From: Cetorhinus maximus
Taxonomy: Eukaryota
NCBI RefSeq assembly: GCF_964194155.1
Contig: NC_135905.1
Coordinates: forward strand, 18,786,001 to 18,850,000
Reading direction: 5' to 3'
DNA: 64,000 bases
How positions within the stretch are numbered: the first letter of the stretch is position 1; every line of letters starts with the position of its first letter. Of this stretch, positions 11,376-23,388 are shown piece after piece. The notes beneath the pieces were generated by a model that was not told the DNA's origin, searched no databases, and was given only the letters and a program-made list of their open reading frames with translations. Position numbers and translations under genes: made by a program.

Positions 11376-14300
11376 GATTTTGACCAGTTTCCCCAGGTTA
11401 CTGGTCTGGAGCTGTGGAGCAGCCTCTGGGAGGGTGCATTTAAAAATAGGGCGTGAATCTTGCAGTCAGGAGCTAGGGCTGAGAAACTGTCACTAAGCAA
11501 GAGCCCCATGGTGAATCCTCAGATAATAGGATTCATCATTCGCTGAATGAACAAAGTACAAGAAGATCAGTGCAAAGTGTTGTTCCCCTTTGAGCTAACT
11601 TTCACCCTTAATAACACCAGAGCCAACAACAAACAAAAACACAAGTGCAAAGTAGATGCCGCAATTCTGAATGTCGTTAGAAAACAGAAAATGCTGCAAA
11701 TCCTCAGCAGGTTTGGAAGCATCTGTGCAGGGAGAAACAGAATGGCTTCAGGTCCATGATCTTCCTAAGTACAGTACTGGAAAATGTTTGAGAGATGCAA
11801 CAGTTAACAGTAAACCAGTGCCAGGCTAAGCTAAGCTTTTAATAACATGCTTAAAGGAAACATCTCAGTATCAAACTGACCAAAACAAGTTCCAGGAAAG
11901 GACTTAAGTGCCTGAACAGATCTCCAGAACTGCCTAATTTTTGGCCAATTATCTTAAATAGCAGCCAGTACACAATAAAAGTCACTTCATAGAGTGCCGG
12001 AATGTAGATGTAAATGTGACATTAGAAATTAATTTGCCTAATAGTCAGTCACGTAACACTCACTCAGTGATCAGCCAAATGCAGTATATGGCACTCAAAG
12101 ATTACTTTCAATGCAAACAGAGCCATAGTAATGAAAGATGATGACCAGTCCACCCTACACAGTGAGTCCAGTTTCCCCGCCTTGATACAGGACTCAGAAC
12201 CCATGAAACACAAGTGGTAAATCCTTATTCTTGTTACAAGGCCTTACCTGAACAAGCTTTTCATGTTAATCACTCATTGCTTTGATGGTGGTGTTAGGAG
12301 GGAAAGTAAAACAATACCATTGAACTGTTATCATTCTTTCTGTCATTAAATACTCAGTCCAGTAAATTAATTTTTTAAATAAAAAAACAAAATGCATCCG
12401 ATTAAAGTTGCCCGGAAAATTCTAGAATTTGGAATACTGAAAAGTAGGGAGCGAGGTTCATTTTCTTTGCCCTGCTCAACCGCCCCCACCCCTGTGAAAC
12501 TTCTTCACCAATTAGGACGCTCGCAAAAACTTTTTCTGGTCAACCCCAGAGCGCATGTAACTTTTGGACCAGAGTGTAAAATTGCCTGGGAAAAGTGCGC
12601 GCAAGAAGTATAAGGACACTGGTTTAAACATGAGGTTAAGTAGCTGCATCTTCCTCCCACCACCTTCAGGACACATACAAGTTGTTTGCTACTTGGCACC
12701 GTAGTCTATATATTTTTGGTAATTAATATTCCCTAATTGCTTGAAAAACGAAAATTGCATTCAGGTCCCCGGTTGCTGACACTTGTACTCTTGATGCTTA
12801 TTTTGGACAATTATACATTCTAATTGTTGTAGCTCTCCCCCCATTTGGATATTGCTCAATTAACACATTACTGCTGCACAACAAAATGCCAAGACATCAG
12901 AACAAGTGCAAAAGGAATTTCCTCAAAGCATGTCACAGCATGAGATAAGACCTGGCAGTGGGTGCAGGAATTGTTTTCAGTGTTGATATAATGTTTGATT
13001 TATATTGATAAACTTTGTATTAATAATGACAGTGACTTCAGAACTACGATTTTTTGTGTCCTTCGTTATGACTTTTGTTCATATGGTTTATCCGGTTTGG
13101 GGCCCTTTGTAACTGTTCTTTTCTAGTGCCACCCAATTGCAAATCGAAATTGTGAAAAGAGGACAGTGCTGGCAATGTTTGCAGATTCCTACTCCTTGGT
13201 TTAATAGTCTGAGCAAATTCAAAAGAATGACTCAGTAAATAAATGGCCCAGTAGTCTCAAAAATAGTTAACTACCGGGGATAGCTCATCTGTAGTTTAAA
13301 ATGTGTTTAAAAGGACAAACTGATTCTAAAAGTCTTCTACTTCAAGTCTTTACCGTGCACTTTTCCAGAACAAAAGAAAGTTTTAAAAATAAATTCTGTC
13401 AATACTTTAGAGATAATTATAGAACACATTTAATTCATCTGTGAATTTAGTTCATTGTAGAGTTGACATTTATGGAATCAAATAATGATTCCTACTTCCC
13501 CTCCACCCCAACTTCCTCCAACTTCCCACCGCCCCCCCAACCCCCTCCTTCCGCACTCACCAACCACCCCCCCCCCCCACCACTGACACCCCCCACCTCC
13601 CCAGCAACAAGTGAAATTGACCTGAAAGACCAGCTTCAAAAAATTGGAACTGTATGTTCCGGTTTCTTTTTCAGCCGGTTTGTCAGGCTCTAAGCTCTGG
13701 CTGTCCAGCGTGGATGAAGAAAACTCAGTTTAAAACACTGAGCCCAGGTTCCCCTAGCCCCCAGGCTCCAGTGTTTGGAACCTTTTGCAACAGTTGCATC
13801 GGAGCAGCACTCCAGCAGCACCATACCCTGCTTTACAGGCCCATTGTCATAGGCAGACTGGGATTTTCCAGTCAGCCTCCAGGTCCAACTGAGGTGTCGG
13901 GGAATGGGCCAGCTGCCTAGAGGCATCCTCCCAGCGGCAGCCCAAGGGCCAGCGCTTCCTACAGATTTGAGGCCCTCCCTGCCTGCCTGACTTCAGCTAC
14001 AGCTGCTGACTGACATGTCAAAGGGCTTCCGCAACACAACGGTGGCCTGGCTGCTAAAGGGATTTTTCATTTTAAAGTTAAAAAAAGTTGGAGAGAGGGC
14101 ACCTCCATCTTGAGGCACCCTCCCTCTTCCTTACCTGAAAAGGAAGCCTATTGCTTATTCAGTGCTGGAGAGCCTCCTATTGGCCCTCCGTCTTCAAGAG
14201 CCCACCCCCTGGTAATTAATTGGCCAACTGGGTAAAAATCACAGATGAGTGACTGTTCCCCCAACACTGCAGACTTCTGACCCCCATTTGACCCATTCGG

Positions 14301-15502
14301 GCTCTCAAAACCAGAGGGGTAAATCTTCTCCTGAGTTTTCATCCTTAAAGGACATTAAAAAAAAAACTAGTTTGATAATGACAATCTTAACAGTTTCAAA
14401 GTCATTATTGCTAGCATCATCTTTTTATCTTTAGATTTTTTTGAACTGAAATCAAAGCCTCAGGTGACCATGGTGAAATTTAACTCATTTTCTTGGGGTG
14501 ATTATCCTGGCCTCTGGGTTTTACTAGAATGAAAACGGAAAAACTGGAGATGGCGTTTTAGGTCATTTTCTGTTTTGTTTTCAGATTTCGGGCATCTACA
14601 CACAATATTTTGCCCTGGGTTACTAGTATCACAATGTAACAACTGCGTAATGTACCCTTGAAGTGTGGTACCCTGAAACTGAAACCATTAATACCACTAT
14701 AGTCCCCCGCCCATTGTACTAGGTAATTATTGTCAAAGAGAAGCAGTTTTAGCTTCTCATGAGCACAACCTATTGGACCATTAATGCAACTAATGCCTGA
14801 AGTACCATAGCACTTCAAACACCAGGTGTTACTGGCTGAGGCTTACACTTTGCAATTACTTAGCAATACTAGTCAGGAAGTACAAGGTTTCAAATTTCAG
14901 GAAAATCCCATAGGCTTCCAGATGCTCTGAAATTTGAAATGCTCCTTAAAGGGAGACGAGGTTTAACACGTTTGGTTTGTAGGTGGCCTTTTTCTTAAAA
15001 CAGTCAGTATTCCCCACTTATCATTGTGGGTCATCCTGCACCATGGTCTCTAATGCCTGCACTAAATTAAGCTTTCTTTTTCACAAAAGCCATTGAGAAA
15101 AATAAAAGGAGGTATGGCGTAAGACTCAGCCAATGGCTGCTGGTGCATGCTAACCTGCTTCCATAACCTCAATATGTCACATGCTTTAGCCTGAGAGCAC
15201 TGTCTAAATATATAAATGAGATGCCCTCATTGCTGTACTTTACTTTTCTGCTCTTCAGTGCAGTAACTTTTTACTATAATGTTGAGTCATTGTGACGTGT
15301 AGTTCAGTGAAGTTTATCCGAATGCAGGCTCTGTTAATCCATGGGTGCGTTTGGATATTATGAGTGTTTAGAGTTTCTCAGTGTCTGATCATCCCGCTGT
15401 CACTAGAACATAAAAACCAATAGTGAATCAAGGTAATTCAGCCCATCAAAGCTTATTTGTTCAGTACACTAATTCTCCCATCCTGGCATCCAATTGTTCT
15501 TT

Positions 15503-16115
15503 GACTAAAGTAGGTCAGAGGCTGGGAATTCTGCGGTGAGTAACTCACCTCCTGAATCCCCAAAGCCTGTCCACCACCTCCAAGGTACAAGTCAGGAGTG
15601 CGATGGAATACTCTCCACTTGCCTGGATGAGTGCAACTCCAACAGCAATCGAGAAGCTCAACACTATCCAGGAGGAAGTAGCCTGCTTGATTGGCACCCC
15701 ATCCACCACCTTAAATGTCCACTCCCTCCATCACCATAGCACAGTGGCAGCTGTGTGTACCATCTACAAGGTACACTGCAGCAACTCACCAAGGCTCCTT
15801 CAACAGCACCTTCCAAACCCACGACCCCTACCATCTAGAAGGACAAGGGCAGCAGATACATGGGAACACCACTACCTGGAAGTTCCCCTCCAAGCTGCAC
15901 ACCATCCCAACTTGGAAATATATCGCCGTTCCTTCACTGTCACTGGTCAAAATCCTGGAACTCCCTTCCTAACAGTACTGTGGGTGTACCTATACCACAT
16001 GGACTGCAGTGGTTCAAGAAGACAGCTCACCACTACCTTCTCAAGGGCAATTATGGATGGGCAATAAATACTGGCCTAGCCAGCGACACCCACATCCCAT
16101 GAAAGAATAAAGAAA
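15503..16115 (+). mobile_element. Non-LTR LINE (CR1/L2-group, second family), 3' fragment in RGR intron 4
   Basis: 'MEYSPLAWMSA...KLNTIQEEVACLIG...HHHSTVAAVCTIYK' and tail aagggcaattatggatgggcaataaatactggcc...cacatcccatgaaagaataaa. Same family as 32365-33350, 33415-33766, 44140-44350 and 62965-63690. Confidence 0.85.
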
Positions 16116-16229
16116 TATATTTTTCACTCATTTCTCTTCATGTGCCTTCATCATAGTTTCTTGGTGCCATTTGAAGTAATAATCTGCAGTTACCTTGTCT
16201 ATTCCATTTAAAACTGTGATGCAGGTATC

Positions 16230-16660
16230 ATGTCCCAGACTAAGACCCATCAAGCCTGTCTCACTCATCTACATTGTCTCCCAATATCTTAAATCTAAAA
16301 TCCTTGACTTCATCTTTAAATCCCTCCATGGCCTCACCTCATCCTGTTACTGCAGCCTCCTCTAGCTCTACCACTCCCCATACTCTCCATCTCTCTGACA
16401 CTGGCCTCTTGTGTGTTACTCTCTCCTTGCTTTGCCGCATAATTGGCAGCTGTGCCTTCAGAAACTCAAGCTTACAATGTCGATATCTCTCTCTGTTTCT
16501 CAATCTCCCCTTCCTCCTATAAGATCCTCCATACAAACCATCTATTCAACCAAGCTTTTGCCCACCTCACCTAATCTTTCCTTCTCTGGCTCAACTTCCA
16601 TTTTCCACTCCTTAAAATCTCTTTCTACATTAGAGGCACTTTATAAAGGTAAGTTGTAGT
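16230..16660 (+). mobile_element. Old L2 LINE 3'-end fragment
   Basis: 'tttaaatccctccatggcctcacc...ccaagcttttg...ctacattagaggcactttataaaggtaagttgt' resembles an L2 C-terminus and 3' tail. Confidence 0.6.
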
Positions 16661-17191
16661 AAAGTTCTCTTGGAACAGGTGCAAATTTAAATCCTTAGAA
16701 CAGCAAGGGGAAAATCACTGCTCTCAAAGGGCAGGTAGGTTGACAAAGTGTCATGGTGGGGGTTCCAACAGTCTCCAGGACAACCTTACAAACCGGGTTT
16801 GACACCGTGATGGATTTAGAGTCCATGAACCACTGTGAAATGACCACTCCAGGTCAGGCTTGATTCCAGATTTGCATTATCAGTTTAGTAGTGCCATGTG
16901 AAGTAGAAACTGCTTCACACTAATGCTAAACTAACAGTATAAGGCACACTTAGTTTAAATGAGGAGAGAGTCTCCTGTTCTTTTGGAGCACTAACTCCTG
17001 AGCAGATGTCTTCAATGTGGTCTTGAGAACAGTTCTTGAAGTCACATTGCCCTCAGCAGGTGTTCACAAACAAGAAAACTGACCAAATAATATAATCTGC
17101 AGGTGCTGCAAAACTGTCCATTCTACTATATGAAGCATGAATCAGAGTCTAACATATAATATTGTCTGTACCTTGATTTTTTTTGTTCCAG

Positions 17192-17309
17192 AAATTTTGT
17201 CTCATTCTCCATTCCAATGGCATTATTCGAATTTGCCCTCCCACTTCTCATCTTGGTAACTTCTTACCAATCGTGTGCAAATAAATTCAAGAAAACTGGA
17301 CAAGTCAAG
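17192..17309 (+). CDS. RGR: RGR exon 5
   Basis: ttttgttccag| NFVSFSIPMALFEFALPLLILVTSYQSCANKFKKTGQVK |gtaaat, 118 bp. Confidence 0.93.
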
Positions 17310-19639
17310 GTAAATAATCTTATTAAGAGCGCAACAGAAAATCCTTTGATCTTTTCATTGTCCTAACAATGCGCTTCCAGATCAATAGTGATTTTCTTGT
17401 CTGCTCCATGATTTTACTGTACCATACTTTTGTTCTAAAACCCACTGCACAAAACTGCCTCTAATTAATTAATTGGGATGGTAATACAGGTGAGCCTCAC
17501 TCAGAGAGGCAACAGGAATGTATTGAATTTGAATAGCCAGTTATTAATGGAGAGAGTTACTTAGCAAAATGAGTTGTAAAAGTACTTCAGTATCATTGTA
17601 AATTAGCATTAGTAGATGCTGAGTATTAATTACTGCACTGATCAAGTCTGACATTGTTACAATTGATGAAGTTGTTTTGGGGTTAAATCCCTTGATGGCT
17701 GACAGTCTGACAGCGTTAAATAATCACTCTGTTGAACAGTTTGGGATCTGTCAGGTTGACTTAAATGGAAAAGGAAATTGGGCACAAGACTGTTCATTTG
17801 CTTTTGTCCATTTTGCACAACTGCAAGTCAAAATTCACTCTCCTTGACTGTGAATGGGAATGTCCCAGAACATACATGACCATCTCTTCAGGAGCAGTGT
17901 GACTGAGTCAATCTCCTTTCTTCTCTGGAACACATATGTTAGTTTCATGAGCCTCATGTTGATGAGCCCCTTCTCAGGAGGGTTATCTTTCATCCGGCTG
18001 AACCACCTTCCATTCGAGCTCTATCTGAGCAAGCCAGCTCGCCTCTCACCTTTCCTAGTCTCAGATAATTGTACAGTTAAACAACTGTAATTTCTGCCTT
18101 TGGTACGCTAATACAATCTTACTCTCTGTCTCGATAGGCCTTTGCCTTGAGTGTCTGTCTTGAAAGAGACTGGAGAAAACAAAAAGAGTATCCTTCAAAC
18201 AAAGAGAAGATAAGAGAATTAAGAAAGACAAAAATAAAGACTGCTTCTGTTGCTATATTTACAATGGCAAAGCGAGACTGATTAGAATAGATGCCAGTCT
18301 AACAATGTCTAATACTATTTCCATGAGAGATGCCATGTTTTATTTTTATACGTTAGTTTCAAAAAGAAGCTCCTACGTCTCATTAAGCAGTCTGAGTGAC
18401 ACATTTGGTAAAAATGGAGGGTTCTAATAGATGTCAGAACACTCCAGAACCCTAGGGCTGTCTTTAAATTGATGGCACGTGGATTCTTGAGGATTTTGAA
18501 ACTTAGTGTATTGTTTTTGCTCCCAGCATATCCACATGATTTTGACAATTCAATGTCTTCCTAAGTACTTCCCTTGGGTCTGATTTTTGAAGTGGCTAAT
18601 GATGCCAGTGGTCTGGCAGTGTGCTCCAGATCACTCAGGGGATCCGAGTTGCTGTGGCAACAAGTACTTTTACATGCATGTTGTAGTCTGGATCTATGGA
18701 TAATGATGGTCAAGCTCCAATGTTCTTCCCATCACATGGCTGACCAGGAATCTCTACTGCTCATACCACCTGCCATTGGCGTGTGTTGGAAGGATTTACA
18801 AGTTGATATTCAACCTCGTTGGTCGCATTATGAACACATCTTCCTTGCCACCAAGTCCTGGGGTGGAACTCAAACCCTGGGCTCAGAGGCAGGGACGTTA
18901 CCCATTGCACCACATGATGTTCACAATGATGCCAGTAAGGAATGGCTATTTGCATACACAGTATTCATGTTGCAATTAATTTAGAATATTTATGGCTTAA
19001 TTAGCTAAGAGACTCATATTGGCTAAAAACATTATGGCTTGATGGTTTCTGCTTGCTATCCACTTCCCAGCATTCAATTCAACTGCTGAATCCATCTTGA
19101 CTGAGCAGCTTTCAATTTGAAATTCTATTTTGTGCACGTCTCAAGCCATTGTCATTATTTTCCTTAGAAATGGGTATAGTGGATCTTCAATAGAATGATA
19201 GCACGAAATGAGAAAATAGTTATGAAGAAAAGCTTAAAATTAGGGCATTTTTTACTGGAACAGAGGTAGAGATCCAATAGAGGTATTCAAAAAGTGCTAA
19301 CTAGTGAAAATTGGCTTCAACTTGTTAGAGAATAGGTAACAAGAGGGCAAAACTCATTAAGAAGGAAGAAATAATTTAGAAGAAATTTGTTTCATGATGT
19401 GTTACTATAACAAAAAATGCCTTATTTCAAGAGCCTCGATAGGCAATGTGGAACATTGTCAAAGCCAGTTGGACTAATATTTGCAAAGGAAGAATTAAAA
19501 GGAACAAGGAAAGAAGAAGGAATAGCTACCACGTGTTTTGTAATTTCTATTATTTTATGAAAAATTTTCTTTCACTGATCCTGAGAATGCTGGAATAACT
19601 CTTCCTTCATCACTCCAAAAGCAAGATGGAAGCTGCCTA

Positions 19640-20000
19640 GTATCATAGAATCAAAAAAAAAAGTACAGCACATAAAAAGGCCCATTGAGTCTGCATTAGC
19701 TTAATCCAAGAGCAACCCGGATAGCCCACTCCCCACATCCATGCAATTTTTCTCTTTCAAATACTTGTCCAATTCTCTTTTGAGAACTACTATTGAATTT
19801 GTTTCCAACACCCTATCAGGCAGTGCATTCCGAATCCTAACCATTCGTCCTGTAAAACAGTTTTTCCTCATGTTGTCTATGGTTCTTTTGCCAATCACCT
19901 TAAATCTGTGCCTTCTTGTTAGTGACCCTTCAGCCATTGGAAACAGTTTCTCTCTATTTGCTCATTTAAACTCATTGTGATTTTAAACAACATCAAGGGT
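19640..20000 (-). mobile_element. CR1 LINE 3'-end fragment in RGR intron 5
   Basis: 'EGSLTRRHRFKVIGKR...MRKNCFTGRMVRIRNALP...KRELDKYL'. Confidence 0.8.
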
Positions 20001-20836
20001 GTGATAGATCTCATGGCTGAATAGGTAAATCTATGAACCAGAAGTTAAGTAAACTATACAGACCGGGAAAACCTGTAATTTGATACCTGGTTTAGTTACC
20101 CGATAGGGTAGGAACACTACAATTCACTTCTTTGGCCTCAAGCTAAAGAAGGAAACAATAAATCAGCCAAATCATCCCGCTTCTGATTACTTTTTAATAG
20201 CCCAGTTTTGGCAGGTGATCTCAGACGTGTCCAGTCATCATCTTGTCATCACTCAATATGCATGAATGGTCAGTTCCACCAGGGCCCATTGGATAATGAT
20301 CAGAAGTGGGGAGCTGGCCAACTTTGCCCTACACAGCCCAGCGCGACCAACTGTTAGATCTCTGGTGATACCTGTTCTGAGATCAACCATCTGAATGCAG
20401 ATCTGACCTGGGAGCTGCTTGTCTGCAGAGCTTAGCTGCTCACAAGGTAGATGAGCTGAACCATTAGGGGAACCCAAAGACGGGTGTTAGGAAGCTCAGT
20501 AAGTTGATCTAGAGAGGAACTAACACTCATGGAACCATAGTCCAGCAAGGAATCAATACTATTAAAGGGTAGGTAAAGGATAAAATGCCAGCAAACTAAA
20601 GCAGTGAAAAGTGCTGTAGGGCCAGCCAAGCATAATGGGTTAGGGGGGGGGATTTTGCAAGGTTGGATTGGCATATCTCTGATGAATAAAGAGGCAGAAG
20701 GTATCAGAAGGTTGGAGAATATCATAGACACAGAATAGACAAAAAATCCAGTGGGACCTGGTGGTTTAGCATAGTGGTGATATAATTATTGCATGACTTG
20801 AATCATTCTAACTCCATTTGTTTTGTTTCCACTCAG

Positions 20837-20950
20837 TTTAATACTGGATTGCCTTGTAAAACCCTCCTATTTTGCTGGGGACCTTATAGCCTGTTGTGCC
20901 TGTATGCTATTGTTCAAAATGCTACTGCCTTATCTCCACAACTGAGAATG
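20837..20950 (+). CDS. RGR: RGR exon 6
   Basis: ccactcag| FNTGLPCKTLLFCWGPYSLLCLYAIVQNATALSPQLRM |gtaagt, 114 bp, phase 0-0. Confidence 0.95.
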
Positions 20951-21096
20951 GTAAGTGACAGTAGCTGGTGTTATATTGAGAAGGGCGCATGTACAAGGTG
21001 GGGGTGGGCTAACATTACGCAAATGGTACTAACTTACTTCAGAATAAACCAGGGCAATTTCTTTGATTTTCCGTTTATTTCTCAATTATGCTGATT

Positions 21097-21124
21097 ACAG
21101 ACAGACAGACAGACAGACAGACAG
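21097..21124. repeat. (ACAG)7 microsatellite in RGR intron 6
   Basis: acagacagacagacagacagacagacag. Confidence 0.9.
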
Positions 21125-21338
21125 AAAGAATTATATGTTGGCCATTTGTTTAGAGATGCAGTAAAATTGACAAGAAATCTGGAAAATACATTAGTTTTGT
21201 GTTTGGAGGAGGTGTGGATACGCGATTATTGATTCACGTGGGGGTCACTAGATATTTGCTGTTTCTATTACTCAGTTTAATGAACTTATAAAACTAACGT
21301 CACTATAATACACTTTCCATTTACCCTTGTTTCGGCAG

Positions 21339-21482
21339 CTTCCTGCAATCCTTGCAAAGACATCCCCTGTAGCCAATGCCTTTGTCTATGCTCTAGGGAA
21401 CCCAAACTACAGAGGAGGGATCTGGTCCTTCCTGACAGGACAGAAAATGGAACCCACTGAAATGGATGGAAAAGTTAAATAA
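21339..21482 (+). CDS. RGR: RGR exon 7 (last coding exon, contains Schiff-base Lys255)
   Basis: ttcggcag| LPAILAKTSPVANAFVYALGNPNYRGGIWSFLTGQKMEPTEMDGKVK*. The seven exons sum to 888 nt = 295 aa plus stop. Confidence 0.95.
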   Translation, partial: LPAILAKTSPVANAFVYALGNPNYRGGIWSFLTGQKMEPTEMDGKVK

Positions 21483-23388
21483 ATAAAATACAACTGTTTA
21501 TAGAACAATTGTTGGAACATGAACTGATGGCAAAGAGAAGCTGTCGATCCAATCTGTATATCAAGTTATTTCCACCCTAGAAACATATTGTGCCATGTAC
21601 AAACAAGAGGTTAGAATGAATGTATTGGTAGTTTATAATAACACTTGAATATGCACGTACTGCTTTTGACTCCCAGCCTTAAGTTACCAAAACATTTACA
21701 ATGACTGTTCGGTATGTTGCAAATAAATGATGATGATCTATGTTCTATTTTCTGTTTCAGTCCCTTTGATGTATTGCATTTCACCTGTTTTATAAAAGAT
21801 TGTGGAACTTTTGTTGTTTGTTTAAGAGGAGCAATGTATAATTAGCAATGCACAACTTAGTTTATAAAGAAGGTAAAGCTTGCAACATGTGTAGATTCGA
21901 TCTTTCATCTAAGGAAGTGTGTTTATGTGGAACATGACTACTATATCAGCACCATTTTCAAAAACTCAAGCTCAGGAATAAAATGGAGCCTGCTGACTTG
22001 TGCAAATTAGAAAAGGATTGTAAATCAGTCTGAAGATGGAGCTGTTGTTGGAGAAATTGTTAAAAATAAAATTTAACATCATAGATATATGAGGATGATG
22101 CATTGCACCAAAGTAAACATTATTTTGGAATGCTCTTAGTTCCTTTTCAATTAAATTGGTATATTTTTCTGACAAGCTGTGGAATGCACAATGTTAATTA
22201 ACCTTTGTGGCATAGCATTAACTGAATGCCATGTGTTTTGGCAGAGTGTTTATCTTTTCCATTTTAAACACTTCAACTCAAGAGAGTTTAATATTAGATT
22301 TGATTTCAGACATTTATAAGCTCACAGAAATCCCATTCCTAAGTGGTCAGATATTTTGGTGGAATTTAGAAAAGATTATTCAAACACTTATATAAACCTC
22401 CGAGCAATTAGAAGTTTAACTATAAATTATTAATGCCCGACTCTTTTTAAGATGACATACTTGCACATACTGACCCTCCAGTCTATGTCTACCTCTGAGC
22501 TCAATATTTAACAATGCACATAATTTATACATTGTTATAGAGAATGACAAAGGCATTCTGTTTCCATATTCTAGGATTAATGTCAATATATTCTGATTGC
22601 TGAGATTGAAAAATGGATATTTGATGACCCCACTGTAGTGGTAAGCCATTGTAATTCTTTATCCTTGGCACAATGTCAGCCCTAAGTTAGTCAGTGCAAG
22701 GGAGTAGGGCAAAGCATAGGGATTTATTTCTCAAAAACAGATTTTTTGGCACAATTTCATTAGCCCACCTTGGTTGAAAAATTATGCTATTAATGTCTTA
22801 TTATACTATTAATGTCAGGGATAAGGAGGATTGCATTTTTATCAGAAAACTCAAGACATGCATGACACTAATAACAACAAAATATTAATTCATAACAGCA
22901 TTAAAATTCGACAGTGCAATTTGTGGAAATTACAACTGTGGAAATAATGGGCACTGCAGAATACTTTAGCACTTCCATCACTACATTTAATAAGAACTAT
23001 TCGTCAGGTGAAAGGGGCTTTGAGATATTTCATAAGAAAATATGAATTGGGGCTCAGAATTATGTTGTTACTGTTCCTGATCATAATGGGTGGGACCACT
23101 GGTTCTATACTTCTTGGCCTGAGTTTCATGCTTGACCTGCCAAGTTGGCTGGAGCGGAAGGGGATGTGGAATCCACTCCTGGCCACAATGCGATTTCACA
23201 CTGGGTGGTCAATTAAGGTCCGTCCAGCATGAAACATGTCTTCTGAATAGTCGGGAAGGACCGGGCGGGGGCAGGAGCCTGTCAGGCAATCCAGCGGGAG
23301 CTTTAAAACCGGCCAAGGCAGCTTCCCGAAGGCTGCCAGGGGAGAATCTCTGGAGTCTGTCCAGGAGACTGGAACAATGGCCTGACCA

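Noticed and set aside
11033-11509. 158-aa proline-rich ORF (also 13463-13693 and the N-terminal part of 36329-36745)
   Set aside because: Translation of low-complexity G- or C-rich tracts plus TE fragments.
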